From: Deltaproteobacteria bacterium UBA6601
GTDB taxonomy: Bacteria > Myxococcota_A > UBA796 > UBA9615
Direction: 5' to 3'
DNA: 64,000 nt
NCBI GenBank assembly: GCA_002433485.1
Contig: DJIF01000150.1
Span: 30,259-94,258 of the forward strand
This document shows positions 55,653-64,000 of the stretch, one piece after another. Positions within the stretch are counted from its first letter, which is position 1. Each line of letters begins with the position of its first letter. The position numbers and the translations under genes were made by a program. Below the pieces are notes generated by a model. The model did not search any database. It saw only the letters and a program-made list of their open reading frames with translations, and was not told the origin of the DNA.

Positions 55653-57800
55653 ATGATGAGCGCTGATGTGGGCGAGCTTTGGGAGGGGCGGCCTGTTCTG
55701 GCCAGGCAGGAAGTCATGCTGGTCCGCGGTGTGCTGTTCATTCGCGGAACGCTGACCCTGTTCAGCGATGAGATGCAGTTTGAGCCGATTCGCGGGATTG
55801 ACCGACTCGCCGGTGCTCAGGAATTACGCTTCCAGGTAGAGGATGTAGAGGACGTCGAGGGGGACAGTCAGGAGCTGACCTTTGCCGCGCTTGGCAAAGA
55901 GTTTGAGTTCCGGGGACGCGGTGCTGGCTTCATCCTGGCCCGGCTCGACGCGTTGCTGCAGCAACGGGCTGGCGTGGCCAGTGAGGGGGCTCCTTTCGCG
56001 GAGGACGAGCAGGTGCTCGTTCAGGGGCCGCTTGAGTCTCATATCAACGCGCTGCTCTCAGCTAAGGGGACGGTCCTGCTCACGACTCGCCGGTTTCGCT
56101 TTGATCCTGATGGGTTTATGAATCGCCTGGTAGGTGCGGGTCTGGCTCTTGAGGTACCTCTGTCTGAGGTCGAGAGCATAGAAGTGGTTGCAGTACGCCG
56201 GTTGCTTAAGGTCCGCATCGGTGGAGTTGACCATCTCTACGCCGGTGCCCTGGTGCCGGTTCTCTACTCGCGGCTACTGGGCCTGCTGTCACTGGGGGTG
56301 GGGGCAGGCGAGGACGACCCGGATCGATTGCTGGCGACCTGGTCGGTGGCGCTTGCTAAGGGGCCTCTAAGCCAGTCCGGTAGTTTGTTGGTTTCGACCG
56401 GGCAAATGCTCTTTACCGTCGAAGGTGGCCTTGACTCGGTGCTCGGTCTGCACAGCCTCAGCATGCCCATTGTGGAAATTGATCGGCTTGGGGGCAGCCA
56501 GGGCAAGGGGGTGGTTGTTACCTGTGAGGGTGAGGTTCGACGTTTCTCCATGAGTCAGGCGGAGGAGCGCTTGCGCGACCTGTTTGCTCTGCTTTTGCAG
56601 TTTCGCGATCCGCGCGAACCTGAGCGAGATGAGCCTGCCGGTTGGAGCGGCGAAGGGCTTGATTTGTTGATCTCCCGCCTGGCTCCAGACACCAGTCTGC
56701 GTAATCAAGAGACCGTCTTTCTGGCTGGACCCAGTCTACAGTGGCTGTCGGAGGCGACCGTGCGTAGGGGGGTGCTGGTGGTGACCAGCCAACGGCTGTT
56801 CTTTTTGCCCTCCAGTCGGCGCGAGAAGCCGCTGATGGTGGAGTTGAGCGAGCTGCGCCGAGTGCCGTTCGGTGAGGAGCTGACAACTCAGCTGCAGATG
56901 GTAGTTGGTCGACGTCATCTACGCTTCAGCCCGCGCGGGCGTAGTTTCTTTATCGAGCGATTCTGGGCCACGGTGGAGACCATCGTTGGGCAGGTGGGGA
57001 CTCCTGAGCCTGAGTTTGATGAAGCTCAGCCTCCCAGTGAGCAGCACTCGGTGACCCTGGAGTTCCTGCCGCGCAACCTCGGCGAGGTGAAATACATCGC
57101 TGTGCGTTATGAAGGGCGGTTGGTTAAGCGAATTGAACCGGCCCAGACCATACGGGAGGCTGACGGCCTGGGCCTCTTTTATCCTGGCCTTCCCGGGGCT
57201 GAGTTTACCGAAGGCAATGAACTCTCGTTTGAGCTGGGTCGAGCCGATGGGATCTATCGCTTTACCACCACACTCTTGCGGATTGAGTCGGCCGAGTCGA
57301 TCTCTGGTGGGGACGATGCAGTGGTTGATGAAGTGGGTGGAGGGGCCGACGAACGAGCTCCCCTTCGCCTGGTGCGTGACGATCACTTTCTGCTGGTAGT
57401 GAAGTACCCGGAAGATCTCCGGTTCTTGAATCGGCGACTCGGCTTCAGGGTGCCATTTGATGTCCTCAGCAGAGTGCGTGAGATGGCCGCAGATGAGAAA
57501 CAGCAAGAACGCGCTGCGGGCTCCTGGTTTCGCTGCACCATTGAGGAGCTGGCGGTCATCGGATGCTCCATTCGTACCACCCGTGAGGTGGCTGTTGGCA
57601 CCCAGTTGGTGATTGAGATCCCGCTGCGAGACCGGGTAATTACGGTGGATGGGAGATGTGTGCGCCGGGCAGCCGATGATGGTTCTGGCCGGCCTCCGCT
57701 ACTGGGCTTTCGCTTCGACCGCGTGGGCCTGGCGGACGAAGATGTCCTGCACCTTGCCTTGACTCGACTTCAGCGGCAATCGCTGCCCCTGCGAGGGTGA
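55653..57800 (+). CDS. Four GRAM/PH-like repeats plus C-terminal PilZ-like domain
   Basis: Repeats GTLTLFSDEMQF, GTVLLTTRRFRF, GSLLVSTGQMLF, GVLVVTSQRLFF; C-terminus RRLGFRV...ELAVIGC...GRCVR...LGFRF. Confidence 0.65.
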   Translation: MMSADVGELWEGRPVLARQEVMLVRGVLFIRGTLTLFSDEMQFEPIRGIDRLAGAQELRFQVEDVEDVEGDSQELTFAALGKEFEFRGRGAGFILARLDALLQQRAGVASEGAPFAEDEQVLVQGPLESHINALLSAKGTVLLTTRRFRFDPDGFMNRLVGAGLALEVPLSEVESIEVVAVRRLLKVRIGGVDHLYAGALVPVLYSRLLGLLSLGVGAGEDDPDRLLATWSVALAKGPLSQSGSLLVSTGQMLFTVEGGLDSVLGLHSLSMPIVEIDRLGGSQGKGVVVTCEGEVRRFSMSQAEERLRDLFALLLQFRDPREPERDEPAGWSGEGLDLLISRLAPDTSLRNQETVFLAGPSLQWLSEATVRRGVLVVTSQRLFFLPSSRREKPLMVELSELRRVPFGEELTTQLQMVVGRRHLRFSPRGRSFFIERFWATVETIVGQVGTPEPEFDEAQPPSEQHSVTLEFLPRNLGEVKYIAVRYEGRLVKRIEPAQTIREADGLGLFYPGLPGAEFTEGNELSFELGRADGIYRFTTTLLRIESAESISGGDDAVVDEVGGGADERAPLRLVRDDHFLLVVKYPEDLRFLNRRLGFRVPFDVLSRVREMAADEKQQERAAGSWFRCTIEELAVIGCSIRTTREVAVGTQLVIEIPLRDRVITVDGRCVRRAADDGSGRPPLLGFRFDRVGLADEDVLHLALTRLQRQSLPLRG

Positions 57801-57912
57801 CGGTGAACATCGCCATGTGTATCGCCTTGGATGATGCAAGGCAGTACTTTTTGTGCGCTTGTTCAGGGGAATCGCTGAGGATAAGGCTGACCCTGGTAGA
57901 CTTGTCGTGAGC

Positions 57913-58380
57913 ATGAATTCAACTGAACTGGATGAGGGCTTTTCGGCCCTTCATGATCGGCTTCGTGTCCATCTCCTACAGAATGGGCTGAAGCAGACGC
58001 GCCAGCGTGAGGAGATTCTGCGCGCATTTATTGAGTGCGGCGGCCATGTCTCCATCGATGAGTTGCTTGCCTACGTAAAGGAGCGTCATCCGCGCATTGG
58101 TCACGCCACTATCTATCGGACCATGCGTTTGTTTGTTGATGCGCGGATCGCTGCGGAGCGAAAATTCCTCGACGGCCCCGCCCGCTACGAAACGGCCGAG
58201 GTCTTCGACGAGGATCACCACGACCACCTGATCTGCACATCCTGTGCGGTCATCGTCGAGTTTGAGAACGATCAGATCGAGCAACTCCAGGAGCTGGTGG
58301 CCAGCCAGCATGGCTTTGAGCTCACCAGTCATAAGATGGAACTCTATGGCCTCTGTCCCAATTGCAGAGGTGCTGCATAG
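57913..58380 (+). CDS. fur: Fur family transcriptional regulator
   Basis: TRQREEIL, HVSIDEL, ATIYRT, HHDHLICTSC, HKMELYGLCPNC. Confidence 0.9.
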   Translation: MNSTELDEGFSALHDRLRVHLLQNGLKQTRQREEILRAFIECGGHVSIDELLAYVKERHPRIGHATIYRTMRLFVDARIAAERKFLDGPARYETAEVFDEDHHDHLICTSCAVIVEFENDQIEQLQELVASQHGFELTSHKMELYGLCPNCRGAA

Positions 58381-58404
58381 TCCTGGCTATGCAATTGCTT
58401 TGTT
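58374..58404 (+). terminator. Possible weak terminator after fur
   Basis: TGCATAG-TCCTGG-CTATGCA hairpin followed by ATTGCTTTGTT. Confidence 0.3.
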
Positions 58405-60379
58405 AGCCGCTCAGCGCGTGGTTTTTTGTGCTCGCCCTGGCTCGCCTGCGCAGTCGATATATCGCTGTGCTCAGCATCAGTAAGGCCAGGACCTGATAGC
58501 TGATCCCCTTGCCGAGTCCCGGAGTGTGCCAGCGGCACAGCGCCTTGCCGGACTGGCCGATGCGAACGCTGAGAAACCACATCCCAGTCATGGGGTCGCG
58601 GTCAAAGATCCCCGCCTCGCGTTCTCGTCGCATGTATTCCAGATCCGGGTTTAGCTCGCCGCCCTCGCAGCTCCAGCCCGGCAGGTCGCGCTGAGGAACG
58701 GCAATGGTCTCGCCTGGTGGTCCCTCAATGGTCCATTCGTTTAAAACCGCCGACACGCGCACTGTGTCCGGTGCTGGGCGAAGTTCGCCGGCGCTGCTCA
58801 GCCAGGCCATGCGCCCGGCAGCGAAGTCGGGCACAGCCAGCTCACGGAAGTTGCTGGGGTCACCGTATTCGATGGGAATGATCTCCCCCCGGAGCGCGGA
58901 GCGGGAATAGACCACTCCGCTGGCTGCCCAGTCGGGATTGAGCCGGTGAATGCGACCCGGGTCCTGAGGGAAGTCCTCCAGGGGAGCGTCTGTGCCCTCA
59001 ATCTGAGCGGGTAGCTGATAGCGATCCGCGGCAAACCAACAGATCAGCACTGCCGCGACGCTCATGCTGAGTCGGGTGCCACGCCAGCCGATGAGACGTT
59101 CGCTGGCTTTGCTGATGCCTGCTGCGAGCCCGATCGGTGCCATGATCAGGACGATCCACTGCATGCGCATCTGAAGGTCGGCCGCTGCCATGCCCGGTAC
59201 TACCGAGACAAGTTCCCAGGGGCGCAGAGGTAGTCCAAGGCTCCAGGCCAGGGCGAGCATGATCCCGGATACTGCCGCCAGCGCTTTGTTGCTTAGGGAG
59301 AGCAGCGCGATTCCCGCGATCACGATTAGCCAGAACCCGGGGTGGGCAAAGCTGAGGTAGCTCTCCAGATCGCCGCCGGTCTCGACGAGGTGTGCGAGAG
59401 GAGCCGGATTCCAGCCTGGTGGGTGGAAGAATTTGACGGTCAGCCGGCCCAGTTGACTGGCTCTCTCGGCAGCTGAGACCAGAAAGAACCCGGCGCTGGC
59501 CAGGATCCCCAGACCTATGCCGATGAGGGTCGTGATTTGGTCGCGCCAGCGCCCTGCGCGAAGGACGGTGACCACAACCAGGGTCCAGCCGACCAGGACA
59601 ATGGGGTAACGAGCCCAGGCCGGGCCCTGGCGGATGATCAGCGGCAGTGTGACCAGTCCGAGGATCAGCAAAAGTGAGCGGCCTGAAGCAGCGCTGGACC
59701 AGGTCAGCAGCACGACCATCAAAATTCCGTAAGAGACTGGGTAGTGGGCTCCGCACAGTCCCGCTAGACCCAGGGCCAGCCCGCCGATGGATGCCAGCAG
59801 CAGGCGTTTCTCCCAAGGGCGGCAACTGGGGTCCATGGCTGCCAGGGTTGCGGCTGCGGCCATGGGCCAGGCGCAAATGCCCAGCACCATCGGGTGACCG
59901 CTGCCCAGTCGGGCGAACCATTCATCGCTGAGCAACAGAAACAGTCCGCTGGTCATGGCCAGTAGCGCCGGGATCCGCAGCCGCCAGCCCAGCCAGGCGA
60001 GACCGAGGAAGAGGAGCACGCAGCTGCTGCCATAGACCGCATTCAGTCCGGCTCGGATGCCGTAGCGTGGCGCAATGAGAGCATATGCGGGGTGGCTGAT
60101 AAACGATTCGGGCTCGCTGAAGAGGGGTGTCCCAAAGTTGAGAAACGGGTCCCAGTGGGGAAAGAACCCGCGCTCTCGGCTGACCCCACCGGCTACTGCC
60201 CACTGCCAGCGGCGGTCCCAGTCTGAGCCCTGCCCCATGCCAGGCTCGTCGGCAAAAGGGCCGGCTGGAACCCACTCATCTGCAGTGGACAGCCACAGCG
60301 CGGCGAGTACCGCGAGGATGCTGCAGATCAGCACATCGATGAGAGTTGGGCGATGTTCCTGTGACGGTGCCTGTTCCAC
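58403..60379 (-). CDS. Polytopic membrane protein (YfhO/GT-C-like)
   Basis: FPHWDPFLNFGTPL after TM1, GH motif, many TM helices, periplasmic domain, terminal TM with basic tail. Confidence 0.6.
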   Translation of the reverse strand: MEQAPSQEHRPTLIDVLICSILAVLAALWLSTADEWVPAGPFADEPGMGQGSDWDRRWQWAVAGGVSRERGFFPHWDPFLNFGTPLFSEPESFISHPAYALIAPRYGIRAGLNAVYGSSCVLLFLGLAWLGWRLRIPALLAMTSGLFLLLSDEWFARLGSGHPMVLGICAWPMAAAATLAAMDPSCRPWEKRLLLASIGGLALGLAGLCGAHYPVSYGILMVVLLTWSSAASGRSLLLILGLVTLPLIIRQGPAWARYPIVLVGWTLVVVTVLRAGRWRDQITTLIGIGLGILASAGFFLVSAAERASQLGRLTVKFFHPPGWNPAPLAHLVETGGDLESYLSFAHPGFWLIVIAGIALLSLSNKALAAVSGIMLALAWSLGLPLRPWELVSVVPGMAAADLQMRMQWIVLIMAPIGLAAGISKASERLIGWRGTRLSMSVAAVLICWFAADRYQLPAQIEGTDAPLEDFPQDPGRIHRLNPDWAASGVVYSRSALRGEIIPIEYGDPSNFRELAVPDFAAGRMAWLSSAGELRPAPDTVRVSAVLNEWTIEGPPGETIAVPQRDLPGWSCEGGELNPDLEYMRREREAGIFDRDPMTGMWFLSVRIGQSGKALCRWHTPGLGKGISYQVLALLMLSTAIYRLRRRARASTKNHALSG

Positions 60380-60382
60380 CGG

Positions 60383-60847
60383 TCAGCCTCCTTCTGCCGA
60401 CTTTAGTTCGGGTCGCTGACCATCTTCGGGCCTTAGGGTGTCGGCGATAATCCAGCGCAATCTTTCGCTCGGCTGACCTTCGGGGCAGGCACTGCTGCGG
60501 GCCTCTTCGAGGAGGCGGGGCATCCGTGCTCCTTGCTCCAGTTGCTGCCGATAAACATCACGCTGTCGTAGTAGACCCGCTGCGTCGAGTTCATGGTGGA
60601 GAAGAAGCTTTGCGCGAGCCTGCTCGAGTCGAGCCGGTTGTCCGCTGAGAATGCCATCGAGGCAGTCCAGGCGCGACTCGATGATGATGAACTCCAACAA
60701 GCTGAGCCCAGTGGTCCGCTGGTGCCTGGAAAGAGCGGACGAGGTGTGGTCTTCGCCGGGCACCATAGGGTCAGCCGGAGCCCTGCAGCCTGGTGTGAGA
60801 CTGAAGGTGAGAACCAAGATCAGCGCGCGAGTATCGAGCACCACCAC
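60383..60847 (-). CDS. Hypothetical lipoprotein
   Basis: Hydrophobic N-terminus ending TPGC; 3 bp upstream of the next co-directional gene. Confidence 0.5.
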   Translation of the reverse strand: MVVLDTRALILVLTFSLTPGCRAPADPMVPGEDHTSSALSRHQRTTGLSLLEFIIIESRLDCLDGILSGQPARLEQARAKLLLHHELDAAGLLRQRDVYRQQLEQGARMPRLLEEARSSACPEGQPSERLRWIIADTLRPEDGQRPELKSAEGG

Positions 60848-61031
60848 ACTCTATCTGATTCGGGCTGGCGAAGCCGTTGGCCGGGGCTTGCCGCTGTCCT
60901 GATATTGCCTGGCATTGAGCTGCATAGCCCGCACCTTGAGCATGACAATGGAGGTGGATGGTTTAGGATGCCGCCCGGTGCCTATGAAACAGGACTGATA
61001 AGGTCCTGGCTGGCACGGAAAGGAGCTTTAC

Positions 61032-62174
61032 GTGACCAGCGCGGGAGCGGCACCGGTGGTCGTTATTGGCGGAGGAATCGCTGGCCTGTCGGTAGCCTTT
61101 CATCTGGCCCGATGGGGCGCCCACGCGGTGCAGTTGTTTGAGCGCGAGCCTGCGCTCTGCGGTCACTCCTCAGGGCGTAATGCCGCGATCTACCGGCAGC
61201 TGGCTGACAACGAGCTTGGTGTTGCCCTGGCGCAGCGCACAGCTCAGCTACTGGATCAGGGCCCCGCTGGGCTCGGCCCCTGGCTGAGAACTTGTGGTGG
61301 TCTCTACGTGGCCGCCAGTCCAGAGCCACTCGATCGAGCGGCAAGCCTTGCTATGAAGATGTCGCTGAGCTGCGAGCGCCTGTCGGGCCACCAGCTGGTT
61401 GAGTATGCACCGGTGCTGGCTGATAGCGGTGTGTCTGCAGGGCTGTTGGTGCCTGGAGATGGGGTGATTGATATCCACTCGGTTACCGAGGCGTTGGCCC
61501 GGGGCGCTCGGGAGCGCGGCGTTCGTATCCAAACCAACTGCGGGGTGGAGGCCATTGTTGCTGAGCAGGGGCGGGTCGCCGCGGTTGTGCTCGAAGGAGG
61601 CAGGCGCGTCGCTTGCCGACAGGTGGTCATTGCTGCTGGTGCCTGGGCCTCCTCCCTCGGTGCTGCCCTCGGCGTGCCTTTGCCGATGGTTCCTATGCGA
61701 CGTCATCTTGCAGTGCTCGACATTGAGCTGCCGCCAAACTCTCCGGTGATCTGGAGGCTTGATGATGAGGTTTACTTTCGTGCCGAGACGGGCGGGCTAC
61801 TGGCGAGCCCCTGCGACGAGAGTCCCTGCGCGCCTGGTTTGCCTGCCACCTCTCTTGATGCTCTGGGGCTGCTGGCCGACAAGCTGAAGTCGCTGGCGCC
61901 GTCCCTTGCTGCTCGCGCCGTATCGAGGTCCTGGGCTTGCTTGCGGACGTTTGCTGCGGATCGGGAGTTTGTCGCCGGACCTGATCCCAGGCTGGCGGGT
62001 CTGCACTGGCTCGGCGGCTTCGGCGGGCGGGGCATGACCGAGGGCCTGGCCGCTGGAGAGGTTTGCGCTCGTGGGGTGCTGGGTCAGCCTCATCCCCTTG
62101 CAGAAGCGCTCAGTCCCAAGCGTCTGTTGGATGCGGGAAGGCTTTCGGAGTCAGCGCCTAGAAGTAGCTGTTGA
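61032..62174 (+). CDS. FAD-dependent oxidoreductase (DAO/sarcosine oxidase beta-like)
   Basis: VVIGGGIAG, SSGRNAA, DGVID, AAGAWA, WACLRTF, GGRGM; AAGGAG RBS. Confidence 0.9.
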   Translation: MTSAGAAPVVVIGGGIAGLSVAFHLARWGAHAVQLFEREPALCGHSSGRNAAIYRQLADNELGVALAQRTAQLLDQGPAGLGPWLRTCGGLYVAASPEPLDRAASLAMKMSLSCERLSGHQLVEYAPVLADSGVSAGLLVPGDGVIDIHSVTEALARGARERGVRIQTNCGVEAIVAEQGRVAAVVLEGGRRVACRQVVIAAGAWASSLGAALGVPLPMVPMRRHLAVLDIELPPNSPVIWRLDDEVYFRAETGGLLASPCDESPCAPGLPATSLDALGLLADKLKSLAPSLAARAVSRSWACLRTFAADREFVAGPDPRLAGLHWLGGFGGRGMTEGLAAGEVCARGVLGQPHPLAEALSPKRLLDAGRLSESAPRSSC

Positions 62175-63510
62175 TCTGCAGGTAGCCGGTGTGCGGCACC
62201 AGGCCAAACTCACTCCGCGGCTGCAGGACTTCAACGAACTGGTCGCCGGCGATCGGACGACCGTCCGAGCCGATGAGCTGAGTCAGGTCTAGCTCGCGGG
62301 GCCGCTTGCCGAGGGCAAACATGGCGCCAACCACCAGGTCAGCGTTGCCTGCGATGGACCAGGAGAGTCCGGGGCTGAAGAGCGCGCTGCCGTCGAGCAG
62401 GTTCATGGTGAGCGCAGTGGTGGTGCTGAGCACCGGGCTCAGTTCATAGTTGAGACTGAAGGCTGCATAGAGTCTGCCCATAGCCCACAGCTCGCCGCGC
62501 TGAAAACGAGGGCTCTGGCTTAGTGGCAGATAGCCTGAAGTACTCGCAGCCCCGATGTCCTGATAGTAGAGCTCAGCCATGAAGTGCAGGCCTGATGGGC
62601 TGCGATAGTCGCCGCCAAACACCACCTGCAGGAAGGCATCCTCCTGGCTCTCTTCAGGGGGGACCGTGTAGGCGATGGCGCCGCGGAGGCCAATGTCGCC
62701 AATGGAGCCCGAGGCGTCGAGGCCGGCAATGAAGTCGCCGTGCGCTGCAGCGAGCAGCGCGGTGATGTCCCACAGCCCGACGTTAAAGCGCCCGCTAGCG
62801 GCGAGAACCAGGCCTTCCAGTTGCCAGCCGCCTGCGTAGGCAGCAACAGTGGTGATCTGATTGGCGGTACCGAAGAAGAAGTCACCCCGGATCGCGTCAA
62901 CCCCTGGTTTGTATTCCCGATCGATGACGGTGGCCGCGAAGGGGGCTACCCGGTCCAGCGGGGTGAAGAACCAGGTGCTGCCAAAGGTGATGGGTTGCCG
63001 TCCGATGGTCAGGGTCGCGTGACTTGAGCGCAGGCGCAGGGATAGCCGATCCATTCGACCTCGGAGCTGAACCTGACTGTCAGCCTCTCCGGCGCGCCAG
63101 CTCAAGGGTATGGCTTCGGGGGTCCCCTGACCGCTGGGATCGCCGAGCATGCTGCCGCTCAGGCCGCTCGACCCGGAGCTGAGTTCGCCAGCCAGTTGGT
63201 GATGAGCGCTGACGTAGAGGAAGTCTGCAAGGCTCAACTCCAGGCGCGCGCGGGCCATCAGCAGGCCCTGGCCGATGGGGTCATCGGGCATCAACAGGTG
63301 CTCGTAGGGTTGCATGGCCACGAAGCGCCCCTTGATGTCGCCGCCCAGGTCCAGCTGCGCGCCTTCGCGGTCGATGATTGATGCAGCATCTGAGTTGCTG
63401 GGCAGGACTGTACAGGCGGTCAGCGTAGTGATCAGCAGCAGGGTGGCGGGAAACGGGTGTGCGTGGAAGCTGTCTAGCAGCCCGACGGTGGAGGGCAGCC
63501 GGTCCTTCAC
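62158..63510 (-). CDS. Probable outer-membrane beta-barrel protein associated with ABC transporter
   Basis: DRLSL, GRQPITFG, IDREYKPGVDA, terminal Phe; GTGA overlap with the ABC ATPase. Confidence 0.7.
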   Translation of the reverse strand: MKDRLPSTVGLLDSFHAHPFPATLLLITTLTACTVLPSNSDAASIIDREGAQLDLGGDIKGRFVAMQPYEHLLMPDDPIGQGLLMARARLELSLADFLYVSAHHQLAGELSSGSSGLSGSMLGDPSGQGTPEAIPLSWRAGEADSQVQLRGRMDRLSLRLRSSHATLTIGRQPITFGSTWFFTPLDRVAPFAATVIDREYKPGVDAIRGDFFFGTANQITTVAAYAGGWQLEGLVLAASGRFNVGLWDITALLAAAHGDFIAGLDASGSIGDIGLRGAIAYTVPPEESQEDAFLQVVFGGDYRSPSGLHFMAELYYQDIGAASTSGYLPLSQSPRFQRGELWAMGRLYAAFSLNYELSPVLSTTTALTMNLLDGSALFSPGLSWSIAGNADLVVGAMFALGKRPRELDLTQLIGSDGRPIAGDQFVEVLQPRSEFGLVPHTGYLQINSYF

Positions 63511-64000
63511 CGCCGCTCGTCCTTGTCGATCTTGCCGTCCACCAGGGTCACTACGCGGCGTGCCCGCTCCATCACTCGGGGGTCGTGCGTTGCGAACAGG
63601 AAGGTGATGCCGTGGTCGCGATTGAGGGCTTGCATGGTGTCGAGCAGCTCTTCACTGGTCTTGCTGTCCAGATTGGCAGTTGGTTCATCGGCCAGCACCA
63701 GCGCCGGGTTTGCCGCCATCGCCCGGGCCACCGCGACCCGTTGCTGCTGCCCGCCAGAAAGCTCGGCGGGCCTGCGATCTTCCATCCCTTTGAGGCCCAC
63801 CGATTCGAGCAGGCTCATGACCCGTGAGCGTCGCTCGTTAGGGGCAACCCCCTGTAACAACAAAACGAATTCGGCATTTTCGTATGCGCTCAGCACCGGG
63901 ACCAGGTTGTAGGCCTGAAACACGAAACCAAGCCGCTCAAGGCGCAGCCGAGCCAGCTCTCCTTTGCTCATTCCTGCCAACTCGCGCCCCTCAATCTGGA
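63507..64000 (-). CDS. ABC transporter ATP-binding protein (LolD/MacB-like), 5'-truncated by window
   Basis: GFVFQAYNL, LSGGQQQRVAVARA, LADEPTANLD, THD. Confidence 0.93.
   Translation of the reverse strand, partial: QIEGRELAGMSKGELARLRLERLGFVFQAYNLVPVLSAYENAEFVLLLQGVAPNERRSRVMSLLESVGLKGMEDRRPAELSGGQQQRVAVARAMAANPALVLADEPTANLDSKTSEELLDTMQALNRDHGITFLFATHDPRVMERARRVVTLVDGKIDKDERR

Noticed and set aside
60985-61008. Hammerhead ribozyme (GAAAC and CTGATAA nearby)
   Set aside because: The core should be CUGANGA in a three-way junction; here it is CUGAUAA within a hairpin and the topology does not fit.

Overview
GC-rich, densely coding bacterial chromosomal window with about 48 CDS. No rRNA, tRNA, CRISPR array or mobile element was recognised. 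A MYXO-CTERM-like sorting tail, several Asp-rich lipoproteins, paired PilT ATPases and a lysC-lysA fusion suggest a Myxococcota-like deltaproteobacterium (inference). Content in order: the end of a chemosensory cluster (cheA-cheW-cheY); a HEAT-repeat-PilT fusion followed by a second PilT; a giant amidohydrolase lipoprotein with a thermonuclease; a radical SAM/Gfo-Idh-MocA/asnB operon; several glycosyltransferases and polytopic membrane proteins; housekeeping genes (slyD, msrB, RRM protein, pruA, lysAC, fur); a TonB receptor with a beta-propeller lipoprotein; and a co-directional run of PI-PLC-like, extended SDR, steroid 5-alpha-reductase and GRAM-repeat/PilZ genes. The clearest hidden signal is a selenoprotein that the ORF track truncates. 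It is an AhpC/TSA-like peroxiredoxin-like gene at 47753-48292 whose active site reads U-x-x-C through an in-frame TGA (47867-47869), followed by a SECIS-like hairpin. All family calls come from motif recognition by eye, with no database searches.
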